Source of the DNA: a bacterium
Lineage (GTDB): Bacteria; Patescibacteriota; Minisyncoccia; Phycocordibacterales; CAIZIN01
DNA length: 64,000 bases
NCBI GenBank assembly: GCA_037131675.1
Contig: JBAXQO010000002.1
Coordinates: 15,166 to 79,165 of the forward strand
Direction of reading: 5' to 3'
Shown: piece by piece, positions 17,495-26,872 of the stretch
How positions within the stretch are numbered: the stretch's first letter is position 1
Layout of the letters: each line of letters begins with the position of its first letter
Position numbers and translations under genes: made by a program
Notes under the pieces: model-generated
What the model was told of the DNA's origin: nothing
The model's database searches: none
Seen by the model: the letters and a program-made list of their open reading frames with translations, nothing else

Positions 17495-18592
17495 ATGAAA
17501 CTATCTATCGGTATCGTAGGTCTACCAAACGTCGGAAAATCGACGCTTTTTAATGCTCTGACAAAAAAGAGTGTGCCTGCAGAAAATTATCCGTTCTGTA
17601 CCATTGACCCATCTGTGGGTGTTGTTCCAGTACCTGATGAACGACTATACAAACTTTCTGAATTTTCAAAAACAAAAAAAACAGTTCCTGCTGTTATAGA
17701 ATTCGTAGATATTGCAGGGCTTGTAAAAGGTGCTTCAGAAGGTGAGGGACTTGGAAACAAATTCTTGTCGCATATTCGAGAGACAGATGCTATTGCGGAG
17801 GTGGTGAGAATTTTTGAAGACTCAAATGTGATTCATGTGGATGGAAAAATAAATCCAGTGAGCGATATTGAAGTGATCAACCTTGAGCTTATTCTCTCCG
17901 ACATGCAGACTGTAGAAAAAAGACTTGGGTCCGTGGAAAAAGATGTGAAGCGAAATGATAAAGTTGCAATAAAAGAAAAAGAAGCACTTGTGAAAGTAAA
18001 GACGACACTAGAGGCAAGTAAATTGGCAAACCAAGCAGAACTCACAGATGAAGAAAAACTTTTGGTAAAGAGTTTGTGTCTTATTACAATGAAGCCGATC
18101 ATGTACATACTCAACAAGAAAGCTGGAGGTACAAACCTGGATGAACTTAAAGATGAGCGCTGGGAAAAGCTAATGAAATTTTTTGAAGAAAATAATGCAA
18201 AGTGGACTTTGGTAGATGCAGGTATTGAACACGAACTTCAAGATATGGAAGGAGAAGAAAAAGAAATGTTTCGTCAGGAACTCGGCGCAAAGGATGACGG
18301 TATAAACAGTTTGATACGCAAAGGTTTTGAACTTCTAAACTTGATTACATATTTTACGACCGGAGTGGAAGAAACTCGTGCGTGGACTATCGAGCGTGGC
18401 TGGGATGCGCCAATGGCAGGAACGGCTATTCATACGGACTTTAAAGATAAATTTATCCGCGCAGAAGTAGTTTTCTGGAGTGATTTATTAGAAGCGGGTT
18501 CATTTGGAGCTGCTCGTGAAAAAGGCATCCTTCGTACAGAAGGAAAAGAATATGTTGTGAAGGATGGGGATGTGATGGAGTTTAAGATATAA
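17495..18592 (+). CDS. ychF: ribosome-binding ATPase YchF
   Basis: G1 motif GIVGLPNVGKSTLFNALT; coiled insertion; C-terminal TGS domain. Confidence 0.9.
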   Translation: MKLSIGIVGLPNVGKSTLFNALTKKSVPAENYPFCTIDPSVGVVPVPDERLYKLSEFSKTKKTVPAVIEFVDIAGLVKGASEGEGLGNKFLSHIRETDAIAEVVRIFEDSNVIHVDGKINPVSDIEVINLELILSDMQTVEKRLGSVEKDVKRNDKVAIKEKEALVKVKTTLEASKLANQAELTDEEKLLVKSLCLITMKPIMYILNKKAGGTNLDELKDERWEKLMKFFEENNAKWTLVDAGIEHELQDMEGEEKEMFRQELGAKDDGINSLIRKGFELLNLITYFTTGVEETRAWTIERGWDAPMAGTAIHTDFKDKFIRAEVVFWSDLLEAGSFGAAREKGILRTEGKEYVVKDGDVMEFKI

Positions 18593-18600
18593 TTGAAACC

Positions 18601-19029
18601 ATGAAAAAGGGAATCGACTGCATTGGAAACTGCGTAGTGTATTTTTGCCATGATGGACAAGGTAATTATGTGCTTAATAAAAGGAGTATAAACAGCAGAG
18701 ATGAACAAGGTGCTTGGGATTGTGGAGGTGGGGGAATAGAGGTGGGCGACTCGGTGATTGATACAATAAAAAAGGAAATCAAAGAGGAGTACTGTGCGGA
18801 TGTTCTCGATTATGAATTTCTTGGGTATAGAGATGTTCATCGAGAACATAATAGCAAGAAAACACATTGGATCGCTCTTGATTTCAAGGTTCTCCTGGAT
18901 AGGGAACAAGTAAAAAATGGCGAACCACACAAGTTCGATGAAATCGGCTGGTTCTCATTGGACAATCTTCCAAAACCTCTCCATTCTCAATTCCCTTTCG
19001 CTCTGGAAAAATATAAAAATATACTCTAA
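18601..19029 (+). CDS. Nudix hydrolase
   Basis: Nudix box GGGGIEVGDSVIDTIKKEIKEEYCA (Gx5Ex7REUxEExGU-like). Confidence 0.7.
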   Translation: MKKGIDCIGNCVVYFCHDGQGNYVLNKRSINSRDEQGAWDCGGGGIEVGDSVIDTIKKEIKEEYCADVLDYEFLGYRDVHREHNSKKTHWIALDFKVLLDREQVKNGEPHKFDEIGWFSLDNLPKPLHSQFPFALEKYKNIL

Positions 19030-19056
19030 TTTAATTTAAGATTAAGAATGTTGTAT

Positions 19057-19088
19057 TTGACGCATTATACCCCCTGGGGGTATAATGC
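19057..19088 (+). promoter_or_regulatory. csoR-copA promoter with a 27-bp perfect palindromic CsoR-type operator overlapping the -10
   Basis: TTGACG (19057-62), an 18-bp spacer, then TATAAT (19081-86). The operator GCATTATACCCCC-T-GGGGGTATAATGC (19062-19088) has the ATACCCC...GGGGTAT core characteristic of CsoR operators. Confidence 0.7.
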
Positions 19089-19357
19089 TTTTTATGAATA
19101 CTCAAAAAGATAAATTAATCCGTCGACTTAAAATTATAGAAGGACAGGTTAGAGGTCTTCAAGAAATGATTTCCAAAGACGAATATTGTATTGATGTTAT
19201 AACCCAAACTTCAGCCGTAAAGCAGGCACTTTCGGGAGTTGAGGATGCTTTGATGCAAAGTCACCTAGGTACTTGTGTGGTACATCAAATACAAAAAGGA
19301 AAAGAAAAAAAAGCTATTGATGAAATATTAAAAGTCTATCAACTAAAAAGAAAATAA
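19085..19357 (+). CDS. csoR: copper-sensing transcriptional repressor CsoR
   Basis: CsoR/RcnR fold: RLKIIEGQVRGLQEMI...YCIDVITQTSAVKQAL...H..C metal ligands. The true start may be the ATG at 19094, giving a leaderless mRNA. Confidence 0.8.
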   Translation: MLFMNTQKDKLIRRLKIIEGQVRGLQEMISKDEYCIDVITQTSAVKQALSGVEDALMQSHLGTCVVHQIQKGKEKKAIDEILKVYQLKRK

Positions 19358-19363
19358 TTTAGT

Positions 19364-21625
19364 ATGAAAATAAAAGCTAAAATTATTGGAATGCATTGCG
19401 CTTCGTGTGCTTCAATTATTGAAAAGACACTTAGAAAAGATGACGCGGTCAAAAGTGTATCTGTGAATTTTGGTACTGAAAAGGCAAAGATTGATTTTGA
19501 TGATACACAGACCAATATTTCAAAATTGTCTGAATCTATCAAACCTCTCGGATATGAATTTGTAGAAGAAGACGATATGAACTATGTGGATCATGATATG
19601 TCCAATATTGGTAATGAAAATAAATCAGAAGTCGACGCTCTTAAGAAAAATGTAATTATTGGTCTCTCACTCGCTTTCGTAAGTGTTGTGATCATGGTGT
19701 GGGATATTCTTTCTGGATCTTCAGTGAGGATTGTGCCAGAAATGTCTCCTATTATAAAAACATTTTTTCATCATCTTTTGCCGATAATGGCCACATATAT
19801 GCTTTTTGTTATTGGTCTTCCGTACCTCAAAGGAGTGTGGCGATTCTTTCGTTTTGGTAAAGCAAACATGGATACTTTGATTGGTATTGGAACGGGAATT
19901 GCATTTTTATACAGCTTCATTGTCACAGCATTTGAAAATGTATTACGACCATATTTAAATGTTGATTTTACGTATTATGATGTAACGATTGTTGTTATTG
20001 CACTTATAACATTTGGAAAATATCTCGAAGCAAGTTCAAAAGTAAAAACTGGGGAAGCTATTAAAAAATTAATGCACTTACAAGCGAAGACAGCTATTGT
20101 TGTGCGTAATGGAAAAGAAATCGAATTACCCGTTGATCAAGTTGTAATTGGAGATATTCTTCGTGTAAAACCAGGAATGAAAATTTCAGTTGATGGAGAA
20201 ATTTCAGACGGCATTTCATCTATTGATGAGTCTATGATTACCGGCGAGTCTGTTCCTGTTGATAAAAAAACAGCAGACCTTGTGATTGGTGGAACAATCA
20301 ATAAACAGGGGAGTTTTTTGATGAAAGCAACACAAGTTGGAAAGGATACAATGCTCGCGAAAATCATTTCTATGGTAGAAGATGCTCAGGGTTCAAAAGC
20401 ACCAATTCAGGCGCTAGCTGATAAAATATCTGCAGTCTTTGTTCCTATTGTGTTGGTGATTTCAGTGGTGGCACTATCTGCTTGGCTTTTCTTTGGTATA
20501 ACAACTATTGGTTTTTCGAGTGCACTCTCATACGGGTTGACCGCATTTGTGGGGGTGCTTGTGATTGCTTGTCCTTGTGCTCTCGGACTCGCTACACCAA
20601 CAGCTATTATTGTAGGAGTAGGTAAAGGAGCGGAACGAGGTATTCTTGTTAAAGATGCAGAGAGTCTCCAGAAATTAAGTGAAGTAGATACTGTGGTGTT
20701 TGATAAAACTGGAACAATTACGAAAGGAGAGCCTTCAGTTACGAATATAATTTCTTTTAATGAGAAAATAAATGATCAAGAATTGTTGAAATATGCAGCA
20801 AGCCTCGAAGGCCTTTCAGAACATCCATTGGCACAAGCTATTTTGAATAAAGCAGAAGAAGAGAAAATCCAATTAGAAAAAGTTATAGATTTTGAAGCTC
20901 TCGAGGGTGTTGGGGTGGCTGGTTATCTTCTAGGTGAATTGTTTTCAGTAACGAAACCTAATGCAAATGAAAGAAATAATCAACATATAAATACTTTAGA
21001 GCAAGAAGGTAAGACCGTTGTGATTGTGAAGAAGAACGAAGTTATTCTTGGTATTGTTGCTCTTTCAGATACTATTAAAGATGGTGTAACTGAAACAATC
21101 AAAAGACTCCATGCGCAAAAAATTAAAACAGTTATGCTTACGGGCGATAATGCACGAGCGGCTGCTTTTATTGCTCGTGAAGCTGGTATCGATGAAGTAA
21201 TAGCCGAGGTGTTGCCACAGGACAAAGCAGCAAAAATAAAATCGTTGCAAGAACAGGGTGCAAAAGTTGCAATGGCTGGGGATGGGGTAAATGATGCTCC
21301 AGCTTTGGTACAAGCAGATGTGGGTATTGCAATGGCGACAGGTACCGATGTGGCGATTGAATCCGCGGGTATAACTCTTCTTCAGGGTGATATTCGGAAA
21401 CTTGCAGATGCGATTTCTCTTGCAAAAGCTACAATGCGTACGGTTAAACAAAATCTCTTCTGGGCATTTATTTACAATGTGGTAGGTATACCTTTAGCTG
21501 CTGGTGTTTTATATCCAGTGTGGGGGATTCTATTGAGTCCTGTATTTGCTGGTGTTGCTATGGCGGGAAGTAGTGTGTCGGTGGTCACCAATTCACTTCG
21601 GCTTAAGGTTAAAAAACTTAAATAA
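19364..21625 (+). CDS. copA: copper-translocating P1B-type ATPase
   Basis: N-terminal HMA GMHCASCAS; CPC motif in TM6 (ACPCALG); DKTGTIT phosphorylation site; GDGVNDAP. Confidence 0.9.
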   Translation: MKIKAKIIGMHCASCASIIEKTLRKDDAVKSVSVNFGTEKAKIDFDDTQTNISKLSESIKPLGYEFVEEDDMNYVDHDMSNIGNENKSEVDALKKNVIIGLSLAFVSVVIMVWDILSGSSVRIVPEMSPIIKTFFHHLLPIMATYMLFVIGLPYLKGVWRFFRFGKANMDTLIGIGTGIAFLYSFIVTAFENVLRPYLNVDFTYYDVTIVVIALITFGKYLEASSKVKTGEAIKKLMHLQAKTAIVVRNGKEIELPVDQVVIGDILRVKPGMKISVDGEISDGISSIDESMITGESVPVDKKTADLVIGGTINKQGSFLMKATQVGKDTMLAKIISMVEDAQGSKAPIQALADKISAVFVPIVLVISVVALSAWLFFGITTIGFSSALSYGLTAFVGVLVIACPCALGLATPTAIIVGVGKGAERGILVKDAESLQKLSEVDTVVFDKTGTITKGEPSVTNIISFNEKINDQELLKYAASLEGLSEHPLAQAILNKAEEEKIQLEKVIDFEALEGVGVAGYLLGELFSVTKPNANERNNQHINTLEQEGKTVVIVKKNEVILGIVALSDTIKDGVTETIKRLHAQKIKTVMLTGDNARAAAFIAREAGIDEVIAEVLPQDKAAKIKSLQEQGAKVAMAGDGVNDAPALVQADVGIAMATGTDVAIESAGITLLQGDIRKLADAISLAKATMRTVKQNLFWAFIYNVVGIPLAAGVLYPVWGILLSPVFAGVAMAGSSVSVVTNSLRLKVKKLK

Positions 21626-21627
21626 AT

Positions 21628-22650
21628 ATGGAAACTAAACAATATACGCTTCATGTTCGTGGAATGCATTGTAAATCATGTGCTGTTCTCATAGAGCACA
21701 CACTTTCTGAAGTTCCATTTATTAAAAAAGTCCACGCAGATTCAAATGCACACAGTGTAAGCATTGAAGCAGAAACAAATCTGACTTCAGAAGCTCTTGT
21801 TTTGGAACTCACACCTCTTATATCTAAAGATGGTTATATGCTTTCAATAGAAAAACAAAAACACAAAACAAAATGGATAGATTTTATGTATGCGGTACCA
21901 ATTGCGCTTGTACTCATTTTTGGGTTTGTTCTATTACAAAAACTTGGGTTAGTGAATTTGATCACTGCAGACAAAGTGAGTTATCCTGTTGCTTTTGGTA
22001 TTGGGCTTATCGCTTCGATATCTTCATGTCTTGCTGTTGTTGGTGGGTTGTTACTTTCAGTTTCTGCAAACTATGTAAAACAAGGTGGAAAAATAAAACC
22101 CCAGGCTCTATTTCATGTAGGCCGTCTCATTTCATTTTTTGTATTTGGTGGAATCATCGGCGCCATAGGTTCTGCATTTACTCTTAGTGCCACGGCAACT
22201 TTTATTCTTAGTATTCTGGTTGGTCTCGTGATGCTCGTGCTCGGTTTAAATTTACTTGAAGTTTTTCCTTGGGCAAAGAGATTGCAATTTCATATGCCTA
22301 AAAAATTGGCAGTAGGGGCACATACAATGAAAAACATGGAATTTGGTCTAGCACCATTTCTTGTGGGTGTAAGCACATTCTTCTTACCATGCGGTTTTAC
22401 CCAGTCAATGCAAATATATAGTCTTTCTACAGGCAGTTTCGTTACAGGTGCGCTTACAATGACCTTCTTTGCGCTCGGTACATTGCCGGTATTGTCGCTC
22501 ATAAGCTTTACATCTGTTCGTTTTGGTAAAGGGAAGTTTGCAAGTATTTTCTTCAAGTCTGCGGGGATTCTTGTTATTGTGTTTGGAATTTTTACTGTAC
22601 TTAATGGTTTAGTAGCAAAAGGAATTATTACACCTTTTTACAATTTTTAA
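21628..22650 (+). CDS. HMA-domain fused to a DsbD_2/TauE-like polytopic membrane domain
   Basis: N-terminal GMHCKSCAV heavy-metal-associated domain, then about 8 TM segments with paired Cys motifs (ISSCLAVVGG and FFLPCGFTQ) as in the DsbD_2 family. Confidence 0.55.
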   Translation: METKQYTLHVRGMHCKSCAVLIEHTLSEVPFIKKVHADSNAHSVSIEAETNLTSEALVLELTPLISKDGYMLSIEKQKHKTKWIDFMYAVPIALVLIFGFVLLQKLGLVNLITADKVSYPVAFGIGLIASISSCLAVVGGLLLSVSANYVKQGGKIKPQALFHVGRLISFFVFGGIIGAIGSAFTLSATATFILSILVGLVMLVLGLNLLEVFPWAKRLQFHMPKKLAVGAHTMKNMEFGLAPFLVGVSTFFLPCGFTQSMQIYSLSTGSFVTGALTMTFFALGTLPVLSLISFTSVRFGKGKFASIFFKSAGILVIVFGIFTVLNGLVAKGIITPFYNF

Positions 22651-22660
22651 TTTAATTTAA

Positions 22661-23074
22661 ATGAGCAAACAAAATATATTTATTATCATTTCTTTGGTCT
22701 TGGTATTTGTGCTTATATTTTTTGCGAGTAGTTCCAGAAACAACCTTGGAAGTAATTCACAAAATAGTAAGGATGATACAAAAGTGGCGGCAGTGCAGAT
22801 TGTAGACGGAAAACAAATAATCGAAGTTGTGGCGCGAGGCGGGTACAATCCCCGTGATGTTGTTGCAAAGGCAAATATACCAACAATACTTCGTATGAAA
22901 ACATCAGGTACTTTTGATTGTTCGGCTGCATTCGTTATACCTTCTCTTGGTATTCAAAAGATGCTGCCTCAAACAGGTGTGACAGACATTGAAATCCCTT
23001 CGCAGACTTCCGGCTCAAATATTGCGGGAACGTGCGGTATGGGTATGTATCGACTCAACATTAATTTCCAATAA
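22661..23074 (+). CDS. membrane-anchored cupredoxin-like domain protein
   Basis: N-terminal TM helix; C-terminal GTCGMGMYRLNINF resembles the cupredoxin_1 Cys/Met ligand region. Last gene of the cop operon. Confidence 0.45.
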   Translation: MSKQNIFIIISLVLVFVLIFFASSSRNNLGSNSQNSKDDTKVAAVQIVDGKQIIEVVARGGYNPRDVVAKANIPTILRMKTSGTFDCSAAFVIPSLGIQKMLPQTGVTDIEIPSQTSGSNIAGTCGMGMYRLNINFQ

Positions 23075-23112
23075 TAATAATCTCTTTTCGGCTGTGGTAT
23101 AATGCACCCAAT

Positions 23113-23421
23113 ATGGAAAATATATACCCAGGAATAGAAGATCATTTTGACTCCATAAGACTTCTTATTTCAAATGCAGAGACTCGTATTAGAGATGAAC
23201 AAGGGGTTAAGGGTACTTGGGAGGCAATTTTTAATAATGTCCTGTCTGTTCTTATTGGAAATATTCATTCGATGTACCTAGAAAATAAGATACAAAAAGA
23301 TGAGTATGATAGATTTCACGCCAGAATTATTGATATTGGTATTAAGGCGCACACAAAAACAGAATTCTCTCCAAGCGAACGTGTCCAGCTTTTAGGGGAA
23401 TTGGAACATATTCTAGATTAA
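23113..23421 (+). CDS. hypothetical protein
   Basis: 102-aa ORF ending 3 nt before the helicase gene. Confidence 0.4.
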   Translation: MENIYPGIEDHFDSIRLLISNAETRIRDEQGVKGTWEAIFNNVLSVLIGNIHSMYLENKIQKDEYDRFHARIIDIGIKAHTKTEFSPSERVQLLGELEHILD

Positions 23422-23426
23422 AATAT

Positions 23427-25100
23427 ATGACCCAAGACGAGGCTTTCGAAATATTAAAAACTGGAAATAATGTGTTTATCACTGGTTCAGCAGGATCTGG
23501 TAAGACACACCTTATAAACCGTTACATCGCATTTTTACGTGAACACAAAGTTGATGTTGCTGTTACAGCCTCAACTGGTATTGCAGCTACACACATGGGA
23601 GGTGTAACTATTCATTCCTGGAGCGGGCTCGGTGTGCGTGACTCACTTTCAGATTATGATTTGGACTCTCTCGAGTCTCGCCAATATTTATGGAAACGTT
23701 TTGAAAATGTGAAAGTTTTAATCATTGATGAAGTCTCAATGCTCCACCATTTTCGTTTGGATATGGTGGATAAAATCATTCGCCACTTCAGGAGAAATAC
23801 AAAACCATTTGGAGGAATTCAAGTTGTTCTTGTTGGAGATTTTTTTCAACTTCCACCTATTTCTCGAGTTGGCGAGCCAGAAGCACTTTTTGTTTTCAAG
23901 TCTGACGCTTGGCGTGATGCTGGTTTTACTGTTTGTTATCTCACAACTCAATTTCGCCAAACAGATGATGCTTATCTTTCTGTCTTAAATGCGATTCGTG
24001 CAAATGATGCAGACGATGAAGTTCGTGAACATTTGCGTAAACGTTATAAGAAAAAACCACAAATTAATATTGAACCAACTCGTCTTTATACTCACAATGC
24101 TGATGTTGATGGTGTGAATGATAGAGAGCTTGAGCTTGTCTTTGGAGAGGTTACTCAATATACAATGACCCACCGCGGCTCATCAAAACATGTGGAGCTT
24201 TTGAAAAAAAGCTGTCTTGCACCGGAAGTGCTTCGACTTAAGGTAGGAGCTAGGGTAATGTGTGTGAAAAATAATTTTGAAGTAGGGTACGTGAACGGTA
24301 CTTTAGGTATAGTGGAGTCATGTGAACCTTGGGAAGACCCAGTGATACGAACAGCTTCTGGGTTGTCAATAAAAATTCCTCGCGTGAGTTGGCAGATTAC
24401 AGATGAAGACGCAGGAAAAGTAAAAGCAGAAATTACTCAGTATCCATTGCGCTTGGCTTGGGCTATTACAATTCACAAAAGTCAGGGAATGAGTTTGGAT
24501 GCGGTAGAGGTGGACTTATCTCGTTCTTTTGAAAGAGGGATGGGTTATGTGGCGCTTTCCCGCGTGCGCACTCTAGAAGGACTCTCTCTTTTGGGTATGA
24601 ATGAAATTGCCTTTCAGGTAAACGAAGAAGTGCTCGGTTTTGACAGTGAATTAAAAGAGCTCTCGGAAATTGCCAGACAAGCACTTCGTGAGACTAGTCC
24701 TGTGGTGCTTAAGAAAACCCAAGAAGCATTTATTGCTCGAATTTCTGATGTGAAATTAAAAGAGAAAAGTAAAAAAAGAAGTACATACGATGTGACAAAA
24801 GATTTTGTGCTCACTCGCGTACCGCTAAACCAAATCGCAAAAGATAGAGACATGAGTGTGGATACTATTGTTAGTCATATTGAAAAAATAATTGAGGAAG
24901 ATACGACTCTAGATGTGTCATATTTACTTTCACATCTTTCCCCAAAAAAAATACAAAAAATTCGTGAGGCAATAGAGAAAGTAAAAGAATCTTCAGATAA
25001 AGTCTTGCTCACGCCAGTAAGGGAGATTGTTGGTGACAATGTTTCTTTTTTGGATATTCGACTTGTTCGGTTGGTTATGCAGAAAGAGGGGTTAATTTAA
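23427..25100 (+). CDS. PIF1/RecD-family 5'-3' DNA helicase
   Basis: Walker A GSAGSGKTHL, PIF1 signature GGIQVVLVGDFFQLPPI, C-terminal WAITIHKSQGMSLD, and a roughly 130-aa C-terminal extension. Confidence 0.75.
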   Translation: MTQDEAFEILKTGNNVFITGSAGSGKTHLINRYIAFLREHKVDVAVTASTGIAATHMGGVTIHSWSGLGVRDSLSDYDLDSLESRQYLWKRFENVKVLIIDEVSMLHHFRLDMVDKIIRHFRRNTKPFGGIQVVLVGDFFQLPPISRVGEPEALFVFKSDAWRDAGFTVCYLTTQFRQTDDAYLSVLNAIRANDADDEVREHLRKRYKKKPQINIEPTRLYTHNADVDGVNDRELELVFGEVTQYTMTHRGSSKHVELLKKSCLAPEVLRLKVGARVMCVKNNFEVGYVNGTLGIVESCEPWEDPVIRTASGLSIKIPRVSWQITDEDAGKVKAEITQYPLRLAWAITIHKSQGMSLDAVEVDLSRSFERGMGYVALSRVRTLEGLSLLGMNEIAFQVNEEVLGFDSELKELSEIARQALRETSPVVLKKTQEAFIARISDVKLKEKSKKRSTYDVTKDFVLTRVPLNQIAKDRDMSVDTIVSHIEKIIEEDTTLDVSYLLSHLSPKKIQKIREAIEKVKESSDKVLLTPVREIVGDNVSFLDIRLVRLVMQKEGLI

Positions 25101-25177
25101 ATTAATCATTTTTATATGAATTTGTGATTCTAATAAAAAGTTTTCACAACGGGTTTATAGTTTAAATTCTCAATATA

Positions 25178-25963
25178 TTAATGGGTTGAGTTGTTTGTCA
25201 ACATTTGAAGTTGTTGCTGTAGAAGTAGAAGAAGTTGGGTTTGTAGATTTATGAGCAATGCCTGTCTTCCAGAATCGGATGTCGTGATAGTATTTCCGTT
25301 AGTTGTAGTAAAAGACCGAGTAGAAGATGCTATCGTGTTGCCAGCAGTGTCGGTGATTATTCCTGAAAAATTATACACTGTGTTTGGGGTAAGATTTGTG
25401 ATGCCAACTGATATGTTTCCTTCCGTGCTGGTAATACCATTAGCTGTTATTGATATTCTTGGTTGTAGCACTGTGACCATACTTGAAGATGTGGAATTTG
25501 TACTCGTTGCAACGCTTGTTGTTGCTCCAGTAAAAAATGTATGGTCCCCAGAAGCTCCTTGTATGTTTGAAGATGTGCTCATCGCTATTATCTTAAAATG
25601 GTAGATAGTGTTTGGTATGAGTCCAAAAAGAGTGGATGAGTGATTTGTGGAAGGATCTTGATCCAGTGTTGTAGAGGCTCCATAGAATGTATTTACGCCG
25701 TATACTACGTTAGATATGGCGTTCTGGTTCGTTATCCATGTTATTGTTGCACTCGTGCCATTTTCTGAGCTCGAGGCTACTATCTGAGAAATTATTGGAA
25801 TACCTCCTGATGCCATGTTCTGTGTTGAAGTTCCTGTTGTGTTTGTGGAGGTTGAATATAAGTTTGTTGTTTGTCCAAAAGTTATGAGTGAAGGCAAGAA
25901 TGCTATTGCTGAAACAGCAAATGCTATTACAGAAAATATTTTTAGTGTATATACGTTTCTCAT
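25178..25963 (-). CDS. secreted Ser/Thr-rich protein with fibronectin-III-like repeats
   Basis: Signal peptide; two Fn3-like segments (ITWITNQ...YHFKIIAMS and NTVYNFSGIITDTAGN); S/T-rich linkers. Confidence 0.4.
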   Translation of the reverse strand: MRNVYTLKIFSVIAFAVSAIAFLPSLITFGQTTNLYSTSTNTTGTSTQNMASGGIPIISQIVASSSENGTSATITWITNQNAISNVVYGVNTFYGASTTLDQDPSTNHSSTLFGLIPNTIYHFKIIAMSTSSNIQGASGDHTFFTGATTSVATSTNSTSSSMVTVLQPRISITANGITSTEGNISVGITNLTPNTVYNFSGIITDTAGNTIASSTRSFTTTNGNTITTSDSGRQALLINLQTQLLLLLQQQLQMLTNNSTH

Positions 25964-26053
25964 AATAAAATAAGAATTAGACTTTCAGTACTATTAATAT
26001 ATACAGTATAGAAAATAGATCGTGAATTTTTCTTGAAGATAAATTTTAAAAAA

Positions 26054-26761
26054 TTAATTTTTACAAAGAGTGTCTAGGAAAGTTTTCAATTCTTCTCCTT
26101 CTATGGCACGGTAGCTACCTACTCCTAGTTTGTTTAATTTAATATTTAATATTCGTACTCGTTGTAGATCAATAACGTCATTAAAAAGCGCGACACACAT
26201 TCGTCTTATTTGGTGTTTTCTACCTTCAGTTAGGGTGATTTTGAAAGTGTTTTCATTAAGAATAGAAACTTTACAAGGTTTAGTTACACAGTCTTCAAGT
26301 TTTACACCAGCTTCCATATTTTTTTTGAAGCTTGAACGTAAGTTTTTATTGGTCTTTACTATATATTCTTTTTCGTGGACATAATCTGGATTAAGGAGTC
26401 GGTCTGTAATGTGTCCATCATTTGTAAGTATTACAAGGCCGTGAGAGTTTTTGTCTAGTCGTCCAACGGGAAATACCCCCTTAAGCGCTGTAGCTTGAAT
26501 AATATCCACTTCACCACGCTGAGGGGAGTGGGTGATAATACCTACCGGTTTGTTATATGCATAATAGAAAAATTTCTTTGCTATACCTCCGCCACGCACC
26601 TCAACAGAGTCGTTTTCTTCAACTTTATCTCCTAGCACAGCTGTTCTGCCATTGATAAAAACCTTTCTTTTTGTAATGAGTTCATCGGCTGCTTTACGAG
26701 TTGAGTGTTTTTTTAGTGCGAGGTATTTGTTGATTCGCATTGGGTATATAGGTTTTTCCAT
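26054..26761 (-). CDS. pseudouridine synthase, RsuA/RluB family
   Basis: S4 domain MRINKYLA...GRVFINGR and catalytic GRLDKNSHGLVILTNDG. The start is chosen at the internal MEKPIYPMRINKYL. Confidence 0.8.
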   Translation of the reverse strand: MEKPIYPMRINKYLALKKHSTRKAADELITKRKVFINGRTAVLGDKVEENDSVEVRGGGIAKKFFYYAYNKPVGIITHSPQRGEVDIIQATALKGVFPVGRLDKNSHGLVILTNDGHITDRLLNPDYVHEKEYIVKTNKNLRSSFKKNMEAGVKLEDCVTKPCKVSILNENTFKITLTEGRKHQIRRMCVALFNDVIDLQRVRILNIKLNKLGVGSYRAIEGEELKTFLDTLCKN

Positions 26762-26872
26762 CGGCTGAGTATAGCACAAACTTGACATATGTACACTTTT
26801 TGTTTCAAAAAACATTTGCTTTGTTTGTGGGTGTGGATAAGTTCCTGTGTTCATTAATGTATTATTAGCAGA

